From a virus, in the IMG/VR virus record IMGVR_UViG_3300030447_000342: DNA of 64,000 nucleotides; one strand, given 5' to 3'. Below are positions 18,955-28,201 of the stretch, piece after piece; the first letter of the stretch is position 1; each line of letters opens with the position of its first letter. The position numbers were made by a program, and so were the translations under genes. The notes under the pieces were generated by a model. The model had not been told where the DNA came from. It searched no databases and was given only the letters and a program-made list of their open reading frames with translations.

Positions 18955-19545
18955 TCATTTATTTCTAACAGCCTCGTTATGCGAATTTGCAGCGATGATT
19001 TCATCAAGCGTCCGAGGAGTGTAATCCATCCACGGCATCATCACCCCGACATTGAACATTTGGCAGGGTTTCGTGTACAGTTCCTCCATCAGATATTTGT
19101 CGTGTTCCATCATGTTCCATTCGAAGGAATTATGGACATGACCATACAGGTGGAAGGAGCCATAAAAGTGATTCTTAAAACATGGAATTGGGTAGTGGCA
19201 AAGAATCACTGTTCGCCCATTGTCCTTCACTTCGAGATACTCTGTGACTTTAACAAACTCTCGTAAGAATTTGTTGTCATTGCACCGGTCATGGTTCCCC
19301 TTAATCAGAAACTTCTGTCCTTTTAAGGAACGCAAAATCGGAATAGCATCTTGTGCCTTACACCAAAACATATCTCCAAGAACGTACACGGTGTCGCCCG
19401 GAGAAACCACAGCATTCCACCGGTCAACAAGAGCCTCGTCCATCTCCAGAAGTGATTTGAACGGACGATTGTCAAAGGCAATCACGTTTGCATGACCATA
19501 ATGCCAATCTGAAATGTAGAACTGTTTATTGCTTTGTTCTTGCAT
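18955..19545 (-). CDS. Calcineurin-like metallophosphoesterase
   Basis: DWHYGH, GDMF and GNHD metal-binding motifs. Confidence 0.65.
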   Translation of the reverse strand: MQEQSNKQFYISDWHYGHANVIAFDNRPFKSLLEMDEALVDRWNAVVSPGDTVYVLGDMFWCKAQDAIPILRSLKGQKFLIKGNHDRCNDNKFLREFVKVTEYLEVKDNGRTVILCHYPIPCFKNHFYGSFHLYGHVHNSFEWNMMEHDKYLMEELYTKPCQMFNVGVMMPWMDYTPRTLDEIIAANSHNEAVRNK

Positions 19546-19828
19546 TTTTCAACTCCTCGATTCTGTTTGCCGCAAGAACAAGCAGCCACTTAGGAACACG
19601 GCTTTCATCTCCCATTCGCCCCGGTGCAAGCGTTGTTCCGTATTGACGGAGGAGAATGACCACTTCGTCATCCAGAATCTGTTTGGCTACGTCGTGCAAG
19701 TTTCCGATTGCCTGTAATTTTTGCGGCTCGTGCGACTTTCTTTTGAGGTACTCCGGCTTACTTGCTGGGCATTCATAGCAAGAATACATCTCATAAATAC
19801 CACAGCCACCGTCTTTATAGCAACTCAT
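19526..19828 (-). CDS. Hypothetical protein
   Basis: 100-aa ORF. Confidence 0.35.
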   Translation of the reverse strand: MSCYKDGGCGIYEMYSCYECPASKPEYLKRKSHEPQKLQAIGNLHDVAKQILDDEVVILLRQYGTTLAPGRMGDESRVPKWLLVLAANRIEELKNARTKQ

Positions 19829-19839
19829 ATTTTTCCTCC

Positions 19840-20154
19840 TTAGAACGGAAGGTGTTCGTCTTGCTCAACACGAATAAGCTCCCGAACCCTTAACAAAAAC
19901 TCTTCCTCATCCAGAGCTTGGATGTCTTGGTATCGTAGGTACTCAATCAATTCATGGACAGCCGTCGTCAGTGCTATATCGATTTTGTTTTCGACATCTG
20001 TCTGCTGGCTCAATAGTTCTTCCGTGTGTCGTCTATTTCGTTCTATTGCCGTGCCTAAATCTCCTTGCGTATTTTCAAGGCGACATTCTAAGCGACCGAG
20101 TTTCTCATAGATATCGCAAATACAAGTGGCAACTTCAGTCGGTGTCATATCCAT
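19840..20154 (-). CDS. Hypothetical protein
   Basis: 104-aa ORF. Confidence 0.35.
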   Translation of the reverse strand: MDMTPTEVATCICDIYEKLGRLECRLENTQGDLGTAIERNRRHTEELLSQQTDVENKIDIALTTAVHELIEYLRYQDIQALDEEEFLLRVRELIRVEQDEHLPF

Positions 20155-20969
20155 TTTTCAACATACTCTCTTTCTTGCGAGAAAATGGGAGGCTCTCGGT
20201 CAATAACCCAACGGTTTCTGAAAACTTCAACCGTTTCAGTATTATTGAGAACAGGGACGGTCTCTCTAACTCTTGTTTTGTAGCAAGCCGAACCACGCTT
20301 ACAGTCAACAGGGAAGTCATTCCAGTTGATTCCGCAGTCCTTCCAGAGCATATCTTGAATAACGTTACAGCTTTTACCATGAAGCTCTTTCTGACTAAAG
20401 TTTGCCTGCCCAACTGCCTCGATACTGTTGCGAGTTGCATCTTGCTGACGCCAAATCAGGCAGTTGCAAACTTCGTCTTTGGGAATAGAAAAAACTCTGG
20501 CATCAAACATGGCTGTACCCATCTTTGCGACCAGAGTTTCAATGTACTTATTTGTGCCATTGTCACTGCTGCGCATTGCTTCGGGGAAGTTCTTCCACAG
20601 CTCAGCAGTATAGGCATTTGAAAAGGCAAGCGTAGCCATCGAAGCGGAAACGCTGCACATCTTTTGGATGTTGTATCCGAACCATGCATCCGTTGTGATT
20701 GTTGCATAGTCTGTAAGCACCAACGTGATTTCATCTGACTGCGTATATCCGAAAACACAACCCTGAATGTTTTCACACAGGTACTTCATTGTGTTTTGCA
20801 TCGTTGTCATCAAGATGCGGTCAAACGGCTTTTCCATACCTCTTGTGAATGTATGAAACGCCTTTCCATCCACTCTGATAATGGTTGGAATCCGACGGGT
20901 CAGATAATTACGAGCGATATTCTCGTAACCTTTCATTCTGTCGCCGAGTGAATCATATTTCTTACTCAA
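20145..20969 (-). CDS. Thg1-like protein (tRNA-His guanylyltransferase / 3'-5' nucleotide polymerase family)
   Basis: IIRVDGKAFHTF, GYTQSDEITLVL, FDARVFSIP..LIWRQQDATRNSI and CGINWNDFP..KRGSACYK align with Thg1 (VVRLDGRNFHRF, YGQSDEYSF, FDGRVVVYP..LSWRQADCHINNL, FNINYNNELP..RKGTVL). Confidence 0.75.
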   Translation of the reverse strand: MSKKYDSLGDRMKGYENIARNYLTRRIPTIIRVDGKAFHTFTRGMEKPFDRILMTTMQNTMKYLCENIQGCVFGYTQSDEITLVLTDYATITTDAWFGYNIQKMCSVSASMATLAFSNAYTAELWKNFPEAMRSSDNGTNKYIETLVAKMGTAMFDARVFSIPKDEVCNCLIWRQQDATRNSIEAVGQANFSQKELHGKSCNVIQDMLWKDCGINWNDFPVDCKRGSACYKTRVRETVPVLNNTETVEVFRNRWVIDREPPIFSQEREYVEKWI

Positions 20970-21013
20970 ATTGGTTCACCTCCAAAGTATGTATGCAGGC
21001 TTGGCACCTGCAA

Positions 21014-21514
21014 TTATGATGCGAAGTATCCAGACGGCATTTCAACAAATGGATATGCCGGGGTGGGAATCAGGCACAGACCCGTTTCTGTGCAAGCATT
21101 TGGTTGATTCATGTCAGTTGCTTGTTTGAGGTCGAAGATGATGACTCCCTCATCTGCAAAGCGAACGCCCGGTGCCTTTAACGGAACATTCATCTCGACA
21201 CCAATACCGGCTTTTACAAGTGCCGTCAGCGCACGATTTCCAACCGGAATCATCCTCTTCTTTGGCTTTCCGTCTTTCATAGAATCCGACGTAAAGAACT
21301 TCATTGCGTTCGGTGTTTCTTTGGCACAAGGCTGCAATGCAATTTGTGTTTTGTCTCTGCTGATGAACAGCCGCACAAATGGCGGATAGCCAATCTCAGA
21401 AGCCGTTGCAAGGTTAAAGGAGATGCGGTTCTTCAGGATTCGAACCTCTGCAATACTGAATGTACGAGGGACGCCAACCACATCAAAGTTGTCTAAGATA
21501 CTCATTGTTTCCAT
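21014..21514 (-). CDS. Hypothetical protein, frame-shifted by one nucleotide relative to the recombinase 3' end
   Basis: 166-aa ORF whose start overlaps the recombinase stop. N-terminus SILDNFDVVGVPR resembles the recombinase C-terminus SDILDGFFVIKPRK. Confidence 0.4.
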   Translation of the reverse strand: METMSILDNFDVVGVPRTFSIAEVRILKNRISFNLATASEIGYPPFVRLFISRDKTQIALQPCAKETPNAMKFFTSDSMKDGKPKKRMIPVGNRALTALVKAGIGVEMNVPLKAPGVRFADEGVIIFDLKQATDMNQPNACTETGLCLIPTPAYPFVEMPSGYFAS

Positions 21515-22451
21515 CCTTTCGAGGTTTAATTACAAAAAAGCCATCCAATATCCGAGGAACATCAGATGCAGACAAATCTGCCACCTCATCAACTGATGGA
21601 ACCGGGACAACATTTTCGCCTTTTAGAATCTGTTGTACTTCAAGCCAAAGTGCTCTCGGAATAATTGCCTTGTGGTAACCTTGGATAAAAAACTGATTGG
21701 CACGCCCGTCATTCCGAATAGAGCGATGCGAAAAGATATCTACGGTAACGGTTTTCTGCATCAAAACGTCACCAGAATATTTCTCATTTGTCAAAATTGT
21801 TTTTACCGTAGAGTATGTCCATTGACCGCCCCGTGGAGATGGGATACCTTGCTGGTTTAGGATGTAACAGATTTCAGGAATCGTTCTGTCATCGTAGAAC
21901 ATTTGATAAATCAGCCGCACGACATTCGCTTCGGGCTCGTAAATCTCCAGCAGTCGTTTATCTCTGGTGTACCCGTAGAGGTCTGCGAGTTTTGGAAGCC
22001 CCTTCTCGAATCTTTTCTGGAACCCCCATTTCACGCTCTCAGACTTCGCTTCCGATTCACCTTGTGCAATAGCAGCCATGACGACCATCAGAAGCTCGCC
22101 GGTCTGCGTCAAGGTATTGATTGCAATATCCTCGAAGTAAACAGCAACCGGCTTATCCAGTGCCTTGAGCATACGCACAGTGGCAACACAATCAACGACA
22201 TTGCGTGCGAACCTTGCAATGTTCTTCACGATAATCATATTGATTTTACCCGCTTTACAATCATCAATCATCCGTAAGAAATCCGTGCGTTTCTTTACGG
22301 AAGTCCCGGAAATCCCTTCATCGGCGTAGATGTCATAAAGTCGCCAGCCCGGATGCTTCGACACATATTCTTTGTAATACTGGCACTGCAACTCATAACT
22401 TGCGAGCTGGTCTTTACTGTCCGTACTGACCCTGCAATACGGCGCAACCAT
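21483..22451 (-). CDS. Serine recombinase: resolvase-type catalytic domain plus recombinase domain. Candidate integrase, but short.
   Basis: YCRVSTDSKDQ catalytic Ser motif. GGQWTYSTVKTILTNEKYSGD recombinase-domain motif. Probable start MVAPYCRV at 22451. Confidence 0.75.
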   Translation of the reverse strand: MVAPYCRVSTDSKDQLASYELQCQYYKEYVSKHPGWRLYDIYADEGISGTSVKKRTDFLRMIDDCKAGKINMIIVKNIARFARNVVDCVATVRMLKALDKPVAVYFEDIAINTLTQTGELLMVVMAAIAQGESEAKSESVKWGFQKRFEKGLPKLADLYGYTRDKRLLEIYEPEANVVRLIYQMFYDDRTIPEICYILNQQGIPSPRGGQWTYSTVKTILTNEKYSGDVLMQKTVTVDIFSHRSIRNDGRANQFFIQGYHKAIIPRALWLEVQQILKGENVVPVPSVDEVADLSASDVPRILDGFFVIKPRKDGNNEYLRQL

Positions 22452-22572
22452 CAATGGGTCTTCTTCGCTGTGCTCAGTAGTCTTTTTAATCGAAGCGGGA
22501 ATACACTGGACTTGTGCGCTATGCTCATAAGCATCGCGTATCTCATTTTGCTTATTTGTTTCCAAACTTGTG

Positions 22573-22612
22573 TCACCCCTTTCGAATATGTATGTTAGTA
22601 ATATAGGGTGAC
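22573..22612. promoter_or_regulatory. Imperfect inverted repeat upstream of the serine recombinase; candidate att or operator site
   Basis: GTCACCC and GGGTGAC 7-bp inverted arms flanking an AT-rich ATATGTATGTTAGTAATATA core. Confidence 0.25.
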
Positions 22613-22738
22613 CTATCGTGATGCGGGTGAGGATTTGCACCCCACATGACCTAACAGAGCATCGGTCTCCATCGCTTTTCTGGGCGACATCCGAACTGTA
22701 ATTTGTAAGCGTCTACCTATTCCGCCACCGCATCATTA

Positions 22739-23080
22739 TTATCTCAGCGTATTAAACAAAGGCACCGTCGGTGTTTGCACCGGAGCGCCTTGCTCGACAG
22801 CAAAAATTTTCCAATCAAAGTTCTTGCCATACCGTTCTGCCCATGCGATATCATCAAGAACTACGGCGTTATCATTCAGGTCTTCGCCTTCAAGATAAGA
22901 CTCCTTGACTTCGTCGGGGGAGATATCGTAAACCTCAGCAACACGTCGGCACATCTCATCATGCGCTGCGTCGTGCGTATCGAAATACTCGGGTTCAGAG
23001 ATTTCTCGCTCCATTACTTCAATCAGCATATACTTCATAGCATTTTTCTCCTTATAAAACTCAGGTTTTATTCGTAACAT
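22739..23080 (-). CDS. Hypothetical acidic protein
   Basis: 113-aa ORF. Confidence 0.35.
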   Translation of the reverse strand: MLRIKPEFYKEKNAMKYMLIEVMEREISEPEYFDTHDAAHDEMCRRVAEVYDISPDEVKESYLEGEDLNDNAVVLDDIAWAERYGKNFDWKIFAVEQGAPVQTPTVPLFNTLR

Positions 23081-23376
23081 ACGAACACATGACCCACGAA
23101 ATCGCCACCGCCGATGAGATATGAACCAACATATTTCAGTTTGTCCTTCTCATCTTCTCGGATTTCCTCGCCAGTCATCTTTGTCACAACCTTCATCGGG
23201 TATGTCTGGTTTTCGGTGTCAACCATACACCAAAGGCAAGGTCGAATCATGTCTTGAACATCCACATAAAGAACTTGTTCGTTGCATCTTGCAACGCGGT
23301 CATCGAAGTACAGCATCGGGATATTGATTACCTGTTCTGCTGTAATCTCCAATGGATACTTGTAGATTACCCTCAC
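23068..23376 (-). CDS. Hypothetical protein
   Basis: 102-aa ORF. Confidence 0.35.
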   Translation of the reverse strand: MRVIYKYPLEITAEQVINIPMLYFDDRVARCNEQVLYVDVQDMIRPCLWCMVDTENQTYPMKVVTKMTGEEIREDEKDKLKYVGSYLIGGGDFVGHVFVCYE

Positions 23377-23385
23377 GTTTGCCTC

Positions 23386-23907
23386 CTATAGATTTAGAGA
23401 TTCCAAAAGCCCTCGTTGCGGCGAGAACTCTTTATACAATTCGACCTCCTTGGTCAGCCGAGCTAAGATTGCTTCTTCCTTGACCGCGTATCTTCCCAAG
23501 TAAACTTTCTTATGGTTATAAGTAATGCTGGCAACCCACTTCTTACGTTCTTTGTCGAAGTAGACGCCAGCGACACCGGATGTATTGCACGAATACAAGC
23601 TGCGATTCCTGTCGTTCTCAGAACGCTCGCAACATCGCAAATTTTTCTTCCTGTTATCCGCTTTGTTTTTGTTAATGTGGTCAACACATTGACCGGGTTT
23701 CGCGTGCATCACAAGTCGGTGGAATCGGACAAAGCGTCGAATACCATTATAGAAGTAACTGCTGACGAGGTAACCGTCCTTGTCGCAATACCAACTGTCG
23801 CGTCCCTTTATGAGCGGCAAGTCCTCCAAATCGAATAAGAACTCGCTTGTCTTTATCCGAAGAACGCCGTATGTGTCGTGAAGTTCAACCTGCATTGCTT
23901 CGCCCAA
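23386..23907 (-). CDS. HNH endonuclease with an AP2 DNA-binding domain (homing-endonuclease type)
   Basis: HNH core HRLVMHAKPGQCVDHINKNKADNRKKNLR. AP2-like SGVAGVYFDKERKKWVASITYNHKKVYLGRY. Confidence 0.7.
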   Translation of the reverse strand: MGEAMQVELHDTYGVLRIKTSEFLFDLEDLPLIKGRDSWYCDKDGYLVSSYFYNGIRRFVRFHRLVMHAKPGQCVDHINKNKADNRKKNLRCCERSENDRNRSLYSCNTSGVAGVYFDKERKKWVASITYNHKKVYLGRYAVKEEAILARLTKEVELYKEFSPQRGLLESLNL

Positions 23908-24224
23908 GAGTAGCCGGGGGTTCGGCTAATTGTCTGTCGAGTATTCCTTTTATGGAATCCGCGCTAATTCGAAATGATGTGCATCCAATGCTGTTAAATT
24001 TATCTACGATGGCTTCGTCAATAAAGTCATCACATTGCCCCTCATCTGGGACTTCAAACCTGCACACTTTTTTGTGTAAGCATTTATCACATAACAATTA
24101 TCCCACCTCTTCACTGTAACCGCTTTCCGCATCGGTCGTTTTTCTAACTCCCTCAACCGATGTGCATAAGCATTGGTCGTAAACCAGAACTCACGAGCGT
24201 TGCTTGCAAAGCGAGTGAGTAAAA

Positions 24225-24250
24225 GGAAAAAACCGCCCGCGTAGCGGGCT
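24225..24250 (-). terminator. Rho-independent terminator on the minus strand
   Basis: On the minus strand: GCCCGC tac GCGGGC followed by GGTTTTTTCC. Confidence 0.55.
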
Positions 24251-24349
24251 TCTGGTTTACGAGCATAGTGCCGAATTCTTACTTTTGCCTTTGGCGAAAA
24301 GCTGCTGAAGGAAATATGTATAACAGCAAATCTACAAAGCGGTTGGTCG

Positions 24350-24565
24350 TTATTCTTTGTCTGCGGGGAATAGTTTGCCATCATGTAGGCAGTCTCTTGC
24401 TTTCTGGCTCATTTCAACGAGGCTGTCCACCAGCTTCTTCAAGCCGTCTACAGTGCTTTCACCGTCGTAATCGCAGCCGATAGCCCAGATATCAAAAAGC
24501 CATTCATCAACGCAATCCGGTTCGCACATCTTGCAGCCGGTTGTTTCATCTGTCCAAGTCCTCAC
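24350..24565 (-). CDS. Hypothetical small protein
   Basis: 71 aa, tightly packed. Confidence 0.3.
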   Translation of the reverse strand: MRTWTDETTGCKMCEPDCVDEWLFDIWAIGCDYDGESTVDGLKKLVDSLVEMSQKARDCLHDGKLFPADKE

Positions 24566-24567
24566 GG

Positions 24568-24750
24568 CTATTCCTCCAACTCAAATCCCTTGTGGCAAAA
24601 ACCGGTTACATCAGAGATATAATCGGTAATGTCTTCGAGGTCTGTCATGTTATTAGGGATTTCTATCTCAAGTGGGAGTAGTACGGCACCGCATTCGCAG
24701 TCGTCTTCATCAATATCCCACTGGATGTTGATTGCCTTTCTTTTCTTCAT
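24568..24750 (-). CDS. Hypothetical small acidic protein
   Basis: 60-aa ORF. Confidence 0.3.
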   Translation of the reverse strand: MKKRKAINIQWDIDEDDCECGAVLLPLEIEIPNNMTDLEDITDYISDVTGFCHKGFELEE

Positions 24751-24814
24751 AGCATTACTCCTTGTCCCTGTGACTTGGCGGTGGATTGATGTACGATAAG
24801 ACGTTCTTCATGGA

Positions 24815-25027
24815 CTAACTTTTCGCACTAACCCCGTTCTGAACGAGATATTTTGCAATCGCTACAGGGTCAAGTGTCTGACATTCCATGATAAGTCTGG
24901 TGATGATTGTCACATCATCAGCCGGGGTTCGCTCCGCTTCGAAGTTATAGAAGTCTCTTACGATACACTCGCTGCGATTAACGCCAGAACAAGTTAATTC
25001 ATTTTTGCAAAAATCGCACTTCCTCAT
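24815..25027 (-). CDS. Hypothetical small protein
   Basis: 70-aa ORF. Confidence 0.3.
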   Translation of the reverse strand: MRKCDFCKNELTCSGVNRSECIVRDFYNFEAERTPADDVTIITRLIMECQTLDPVAIAKYLVQNGVSAKS

Positions 25028-25320
25028 GTTGAGACCTCCTCGTCACATATCGGACAGTATCCTGTGGTTTCGCCGGACTGTATATTCACATGGTGCCCAC
25101 ATCTTGGGCAGTGAGTAATTTTATCTCTCGTCTCTCTTTGCAAGAACTTTTTAATACAGCCTCCACAATCATAGCTGACCTTGCAATTGTTCCCGCAACA
25201 ATCGCCATCGCTCACAAAAGAGCAAAGCACATTCTCGCAAGTATCACCGCCGCAAAACTCTATCAGCTCATCGATATTCATATTGGCTATTTTCCTCTTA
25301 ATTTCCTCGAAATTAGTCAT
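25024..25320 (-). CDS. Hypothetical Cys-rich (zinc-binding-like) protein
   Basis: 98 aa with many CxxC/CxC pairs (CGGDTCEN, CCGNNC, CPRCGH, CPICD). Confidence 0.35.
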   Translation of the reverse strand: MTNFEEIKRKIANMNIDELIEFCGGDTCENVLCSFVSDGDCCGNNCKVSYDCGGCIKKFLQRETRDKITHCPRCGHHVNIQSGETTGYCPICDEEVST

Positions 25321-25324
25321 CGAA

Positions 25325-25612
25325 TTAACCTTTCATTTCGCGCCACACGCCGCAAACTTTACAGCTAATGTTAGAGCATTCTCCACAGTTCGTACCATCC
25401 GGTGCCCACCCGCACCCAGAATCGTGAACTCCGCCAAGCTCATCAATATAGTAATCATCTGAATCTGTCGGAAAAAACAGAGCGATACAATGCGGGACGC
25501 CAACTTCATCTCCATAATCATTTAATGCCAGCCGACCATTAGGTTTAAGAATTAGGTCGGAGTCATTGGTGATAAACTTCTTTTTAATTGTGTCGTACAC
25601 TTTATACCACAT
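25325..25612 (-). CDS. Hypothetical Cys-rich protein
   Basis: 95 aa; CGWAPDGTNCGEC. Confidence 0.3.
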   Translation of the reverse strand: MWYKVYDTIKKKFITNDSDLILKPNGRLALNDYGDEVGVPHCIALFFPTDSDDYYIDELGGVHDSGCGWAPDGTNCGECSNISCKVCGVWREMKG

Positions 25613-25618
25613 ATCAAA

Positions 25619-25975
25619 TCAGCCTTTCATCCATTCGTGTATGAATTTAATTGCCGCGCCTTCACTTTTTTGTTCTGCATTAAACTCCATATCATCGAAA
25701 CCAAGCTGTTCAAAAATACATTCTGCCATAATCTGCAACGCTCCACGAAAACCGTAGTCGGCAACCATCTGTTCCAGAGAATCATAGTATGAGGAGCAGT
25801 ATGTGCAAATTTCGTCCAGAGTATAGTCCTGCAGGTCAACAACAGCGTGACATACAATATAATTCCCAAACCACTCTCTGTACTCGATGTAGCTGTATCG
25901 TGTATCCGTCACCTTTGCCATATACTGGGCACAATCTGGGTCTGTGCAGGTATAGTTAAGTTTCAGCTTCTTCAT
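25619..25975 (-). CDS. Hypothetical protein
   Basis: 118-aa ORF. Confidence 0.35.
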   Translation of the reverse strand: MKKLKLNYTCTDPDCAQYMAKVTDTRYSYIEYREWFGNYIVCHAVVDLQDYTLDEICTYCSSYYDSLEQMVADYGFRGALQIMAECIFEQLGFDDMEFNAEQKSEGAAIKFIHEWMKG

Positions 25976-26240
25976 GTCTGCCGTTTACCTCGTTTACCAG
26001 CGATTCCAGCATATCTTTTAGCTCTGTGTCATCTGGCATAATGACATCATAGTTGAATGGGAAGAGGCGCTTAACGCCAAGAACCTGTTCCTTATTGGAA
26101 TAGACGACCTCGGTCACCGAAACCATACACATTTCCATGTACTTCTTTGTAAGCTCGTCTTTTGTATCGCCAACTACTTTGAACCAATAGTCTTCATACT
26201 CATCATCCATATGGTCAAAGACGAAATCTTCTCTTTTCAT
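25956..26240 (-). CDS. Hypothetical acidic protein
   Basis: 94-aa ORF. Confidence 0.3.
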   Translation of the reverse strand: MKREDFVFDHMDDEYEDYWFKVVGDTKDELTKKYMEMCMVSVTEVVYSNKEQVLGVKRLFPFNYDVIMPDDTELKDMLESLVNEVNGRHEEAET

Positions 26241-26261
26241 AAAAATTTTCCCTCCATACTG

Positions 26262-26591
26262 TTACCCGATTCCTACCGCGCTAAGCTCCATTGAAACAGC
26301 GCAATCATCTTTCCCAAACTCGACAGTTTCATTTGTCCCGCCAAATAACAGTAATCCGTCCACCTCAATAAAGCCATGCGGATTCCATCTGATTGACTGC
26401 GCAATACCAACGACCTTTTCCACTCCGTGTTCATCGTATTGAATGATGGGTAGGTTTCCGATATTTTCACAGGATTTCCGAACGGCTTCAATGGAGTAGA
26501 CAACACCATTACCGTCGCAGAATGTTGAGCCGGAGGTAAATGCACCATCAACTGGGATTTCCACATGAATCCGAATGTTTCTACACCTCAT
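26262..26591 (-). CDS. Hypothetical protein
   Basis: 109-aa ORF. Confidence 0.3.
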   Translation of the reverse strand: MRCRNIRIHVEIPVDGAFTSGSTFCDGNGVVYSIEAVRKSCENIGNLPIIQYDEHGVEKVVGIAQSIRWNPHGFIEVDGLLLFGGTNETVEFGKDDCAVSMELSAVGIG

Positions 26592-26603
26592 ACAATCACC
26601 ATC

Positions 26604-26939
26604 CTACCACCGTTTTTTGTCTTGATATCGATTTGGCAGAGGCAAAGAAAGCTGCTCCCCATCGTCACGAAGTTCAACCGAGAATTTGTTGGTATAATCC
26701 TCACCGTCCTTGTTTGCATAGACGAGAATCTCAAACTTATACGGGTTCCAATTGACAACGAGATTATCATCAATGAAGTATGCGTTCCTGATGACTGCCA
26801 AATCCTGATGCCAAATTCCGTCCGAAGTCTCAATGCCAACATAGATTTCATTCTGATATTCCGGGTTAACATTCTGTTCTGCAACCAACTTCAACCCTTT
26901 AGGTAGCTCAATAGCAATACGATTATCGCCGCTCTTCAT
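26604..26939 (-). CDS. Hypothetical protein
   Basis: 111-aa ORF. Confidence 0.3.
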   Translation of the reverse strand: MKSGDNRIAIELPKGLKLVAEQNVNPEYQNEIYVGIETSDGIWHQDLAVIRNAYFIDDNLVVNWNPYKFEILVYANKDGEDYTNKFSVELRDDGEQLSLPLPNRYQDKKRW

Positions 26940-27159
26940 CAGAACCCCTCCTCTTATTCTCCAACTTATTTATCCGATATACTATAAACAAGTTCTTTTC
27001 GTAGCTCATCCTTTAATCTGCGTTTAGCCAACCGCTTATTGGACTTTTTAGCTTTTGCCCACCCATTGTGGTTGTTCGCCCAGCAAGCATATCTGTGGCT
27101 GAACTCGGACTGCCAGCCAAGTTTCCCTTTATAAGTGTTAGCTCTCTTCATAGCTCACA

Positions 27160-27597
27160 TCACATTTCTGCTCTGACTCGCATAAGGATTTTACCAAGGC
27201 GATTTTCTCCAACGCCATCACAGATGCCCCAGATGCGGTCGCCCCAAGTATTACCTTCAATGAGCTCGGCATCCTTGGTCGCAGCAAGCTTGTCTGCCAA
27301 ATCAGGATTCTGTGAGAACTTTGCCTTGCAAATCTCATACATAACGGTATCTTTGACCGCCTCCCAGTCACCACGGAGCTTAACCCTACGCCCAAGCCTC
27401 TTTGCCTCTGACGGATTCAGACGGCAAAACTCAGTCATACGTTCTGGGCATTTAGCCGCTTGAAACGCTGCCTCGTTATTCTCAAAACACATTCCGTTGT
27501 AGGTAACTGGTGCCGAGTAGAAGTTACTCAGAAAATAATACTCGCCTCTAAACTCGCTGATACTTGCTCCCATACTGTCAGTCAACCTCCCACGCAT
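27160..27597 (-). CDS. NADAR-domain protein (YbiA/DUF1768 family; ADP-ribose/NAD-related N-glycosidase fold)
   Basis: YFLSNFYSAPVTYNGMCFENNEAAFQAAK..RLNPSEAKRLGRRVKLRGDWEAVKDTVMYEICKAKFSQNPDLADKLAAT..ELIEGNTWGDRIWG is the NADAR signature. Probable start MRGRL at 27597. Confidence 0.65.
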   Translation of the reverse strand: MRGRLTDSMGASISEFRGEYYFLSNFYSAPVTYNGMCFENNEAAFQAAKCPERMTEFCRLNPSEAKRLGRRVKLRGDWEAVKDTVMYEICKAKFSQNPDLADKLAATKDAELIEGNTWGDRIWGICDGVGENRLGKILMRVRAEM

Positions 27598-28201
27598 AAT
27601 CGAAATGTCTCCGGTACGAATTTCCTTTACGAACGTCGCCCTTATAGCGTCTGATTTTTCTATTGGAATATGTTTTCCAAAACGTCTGCCTGTTTGAGTT
27701 CTTGGGGTACTGGATGTAACTTCCGACCGGCTGATAAACGCCGTCTCTCCAACCCCAGTCTGTATAGCCGATACCTGACTTATATCCATAGGTCATAATA
27801 CGCATCAGCTTTTCTTTCTTCTGTTTGCGCATCTTGCGCCGATATGCTCTCCCGGTTTTTCTCGGTTCACACAGTTTACCATGCGGCTTGTCCGCCTCAA
27901 AAGCATCGCTACAATAACCACTGATAAAAAATTCAGTCTGGACTTTATCGCAACCGCAGTATTCAAGCTGCGGTTCGTAGCCACCCTCTCTTGCAACCCT
28001 GACCCTATGCTCAATGCCTTCACAAATCGGGCATTCATCGCAAGTGAACTTTCTTCCATAGAACTCAAGCATGATTGACCTCCTGCTGAAAAGTCTTACT
28101 GCTTCGTCAAGATGTACTCCGTATTTGCTGTTTGGATGGTAATTGTGTCTTCGCCGTTTCCCCACGGAGTAAAATCCAAAACAGTAGATGTATGTAGGCA
28201 A
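27578..28201 (-). CDS. Hypothetical Cys- and basic-rich protein
   Basis: 207 aa with CDECPICEG..CGCDK cysteines. Confidence 0.4.
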   Translation of the reverse strand: MPTYIYCFGFYSVGKRRRHNYHPNSKYGVHLDEAVRLFSRRSIMLEFYGRKFTCDECPICEGIEHRVRVAREGGYEPQLEYCGCDKVQTEFFISGYCSDAFEADKPHGKLCEPRKTGRAYRRKMRKQKKEKLMRIMTYGYKSGIGYTDWGWRDGVYQPVGSYIQYPKNSNRQTFWKTYSNRKIRRYKGDVRKGNSYRRHFDYAWEVD

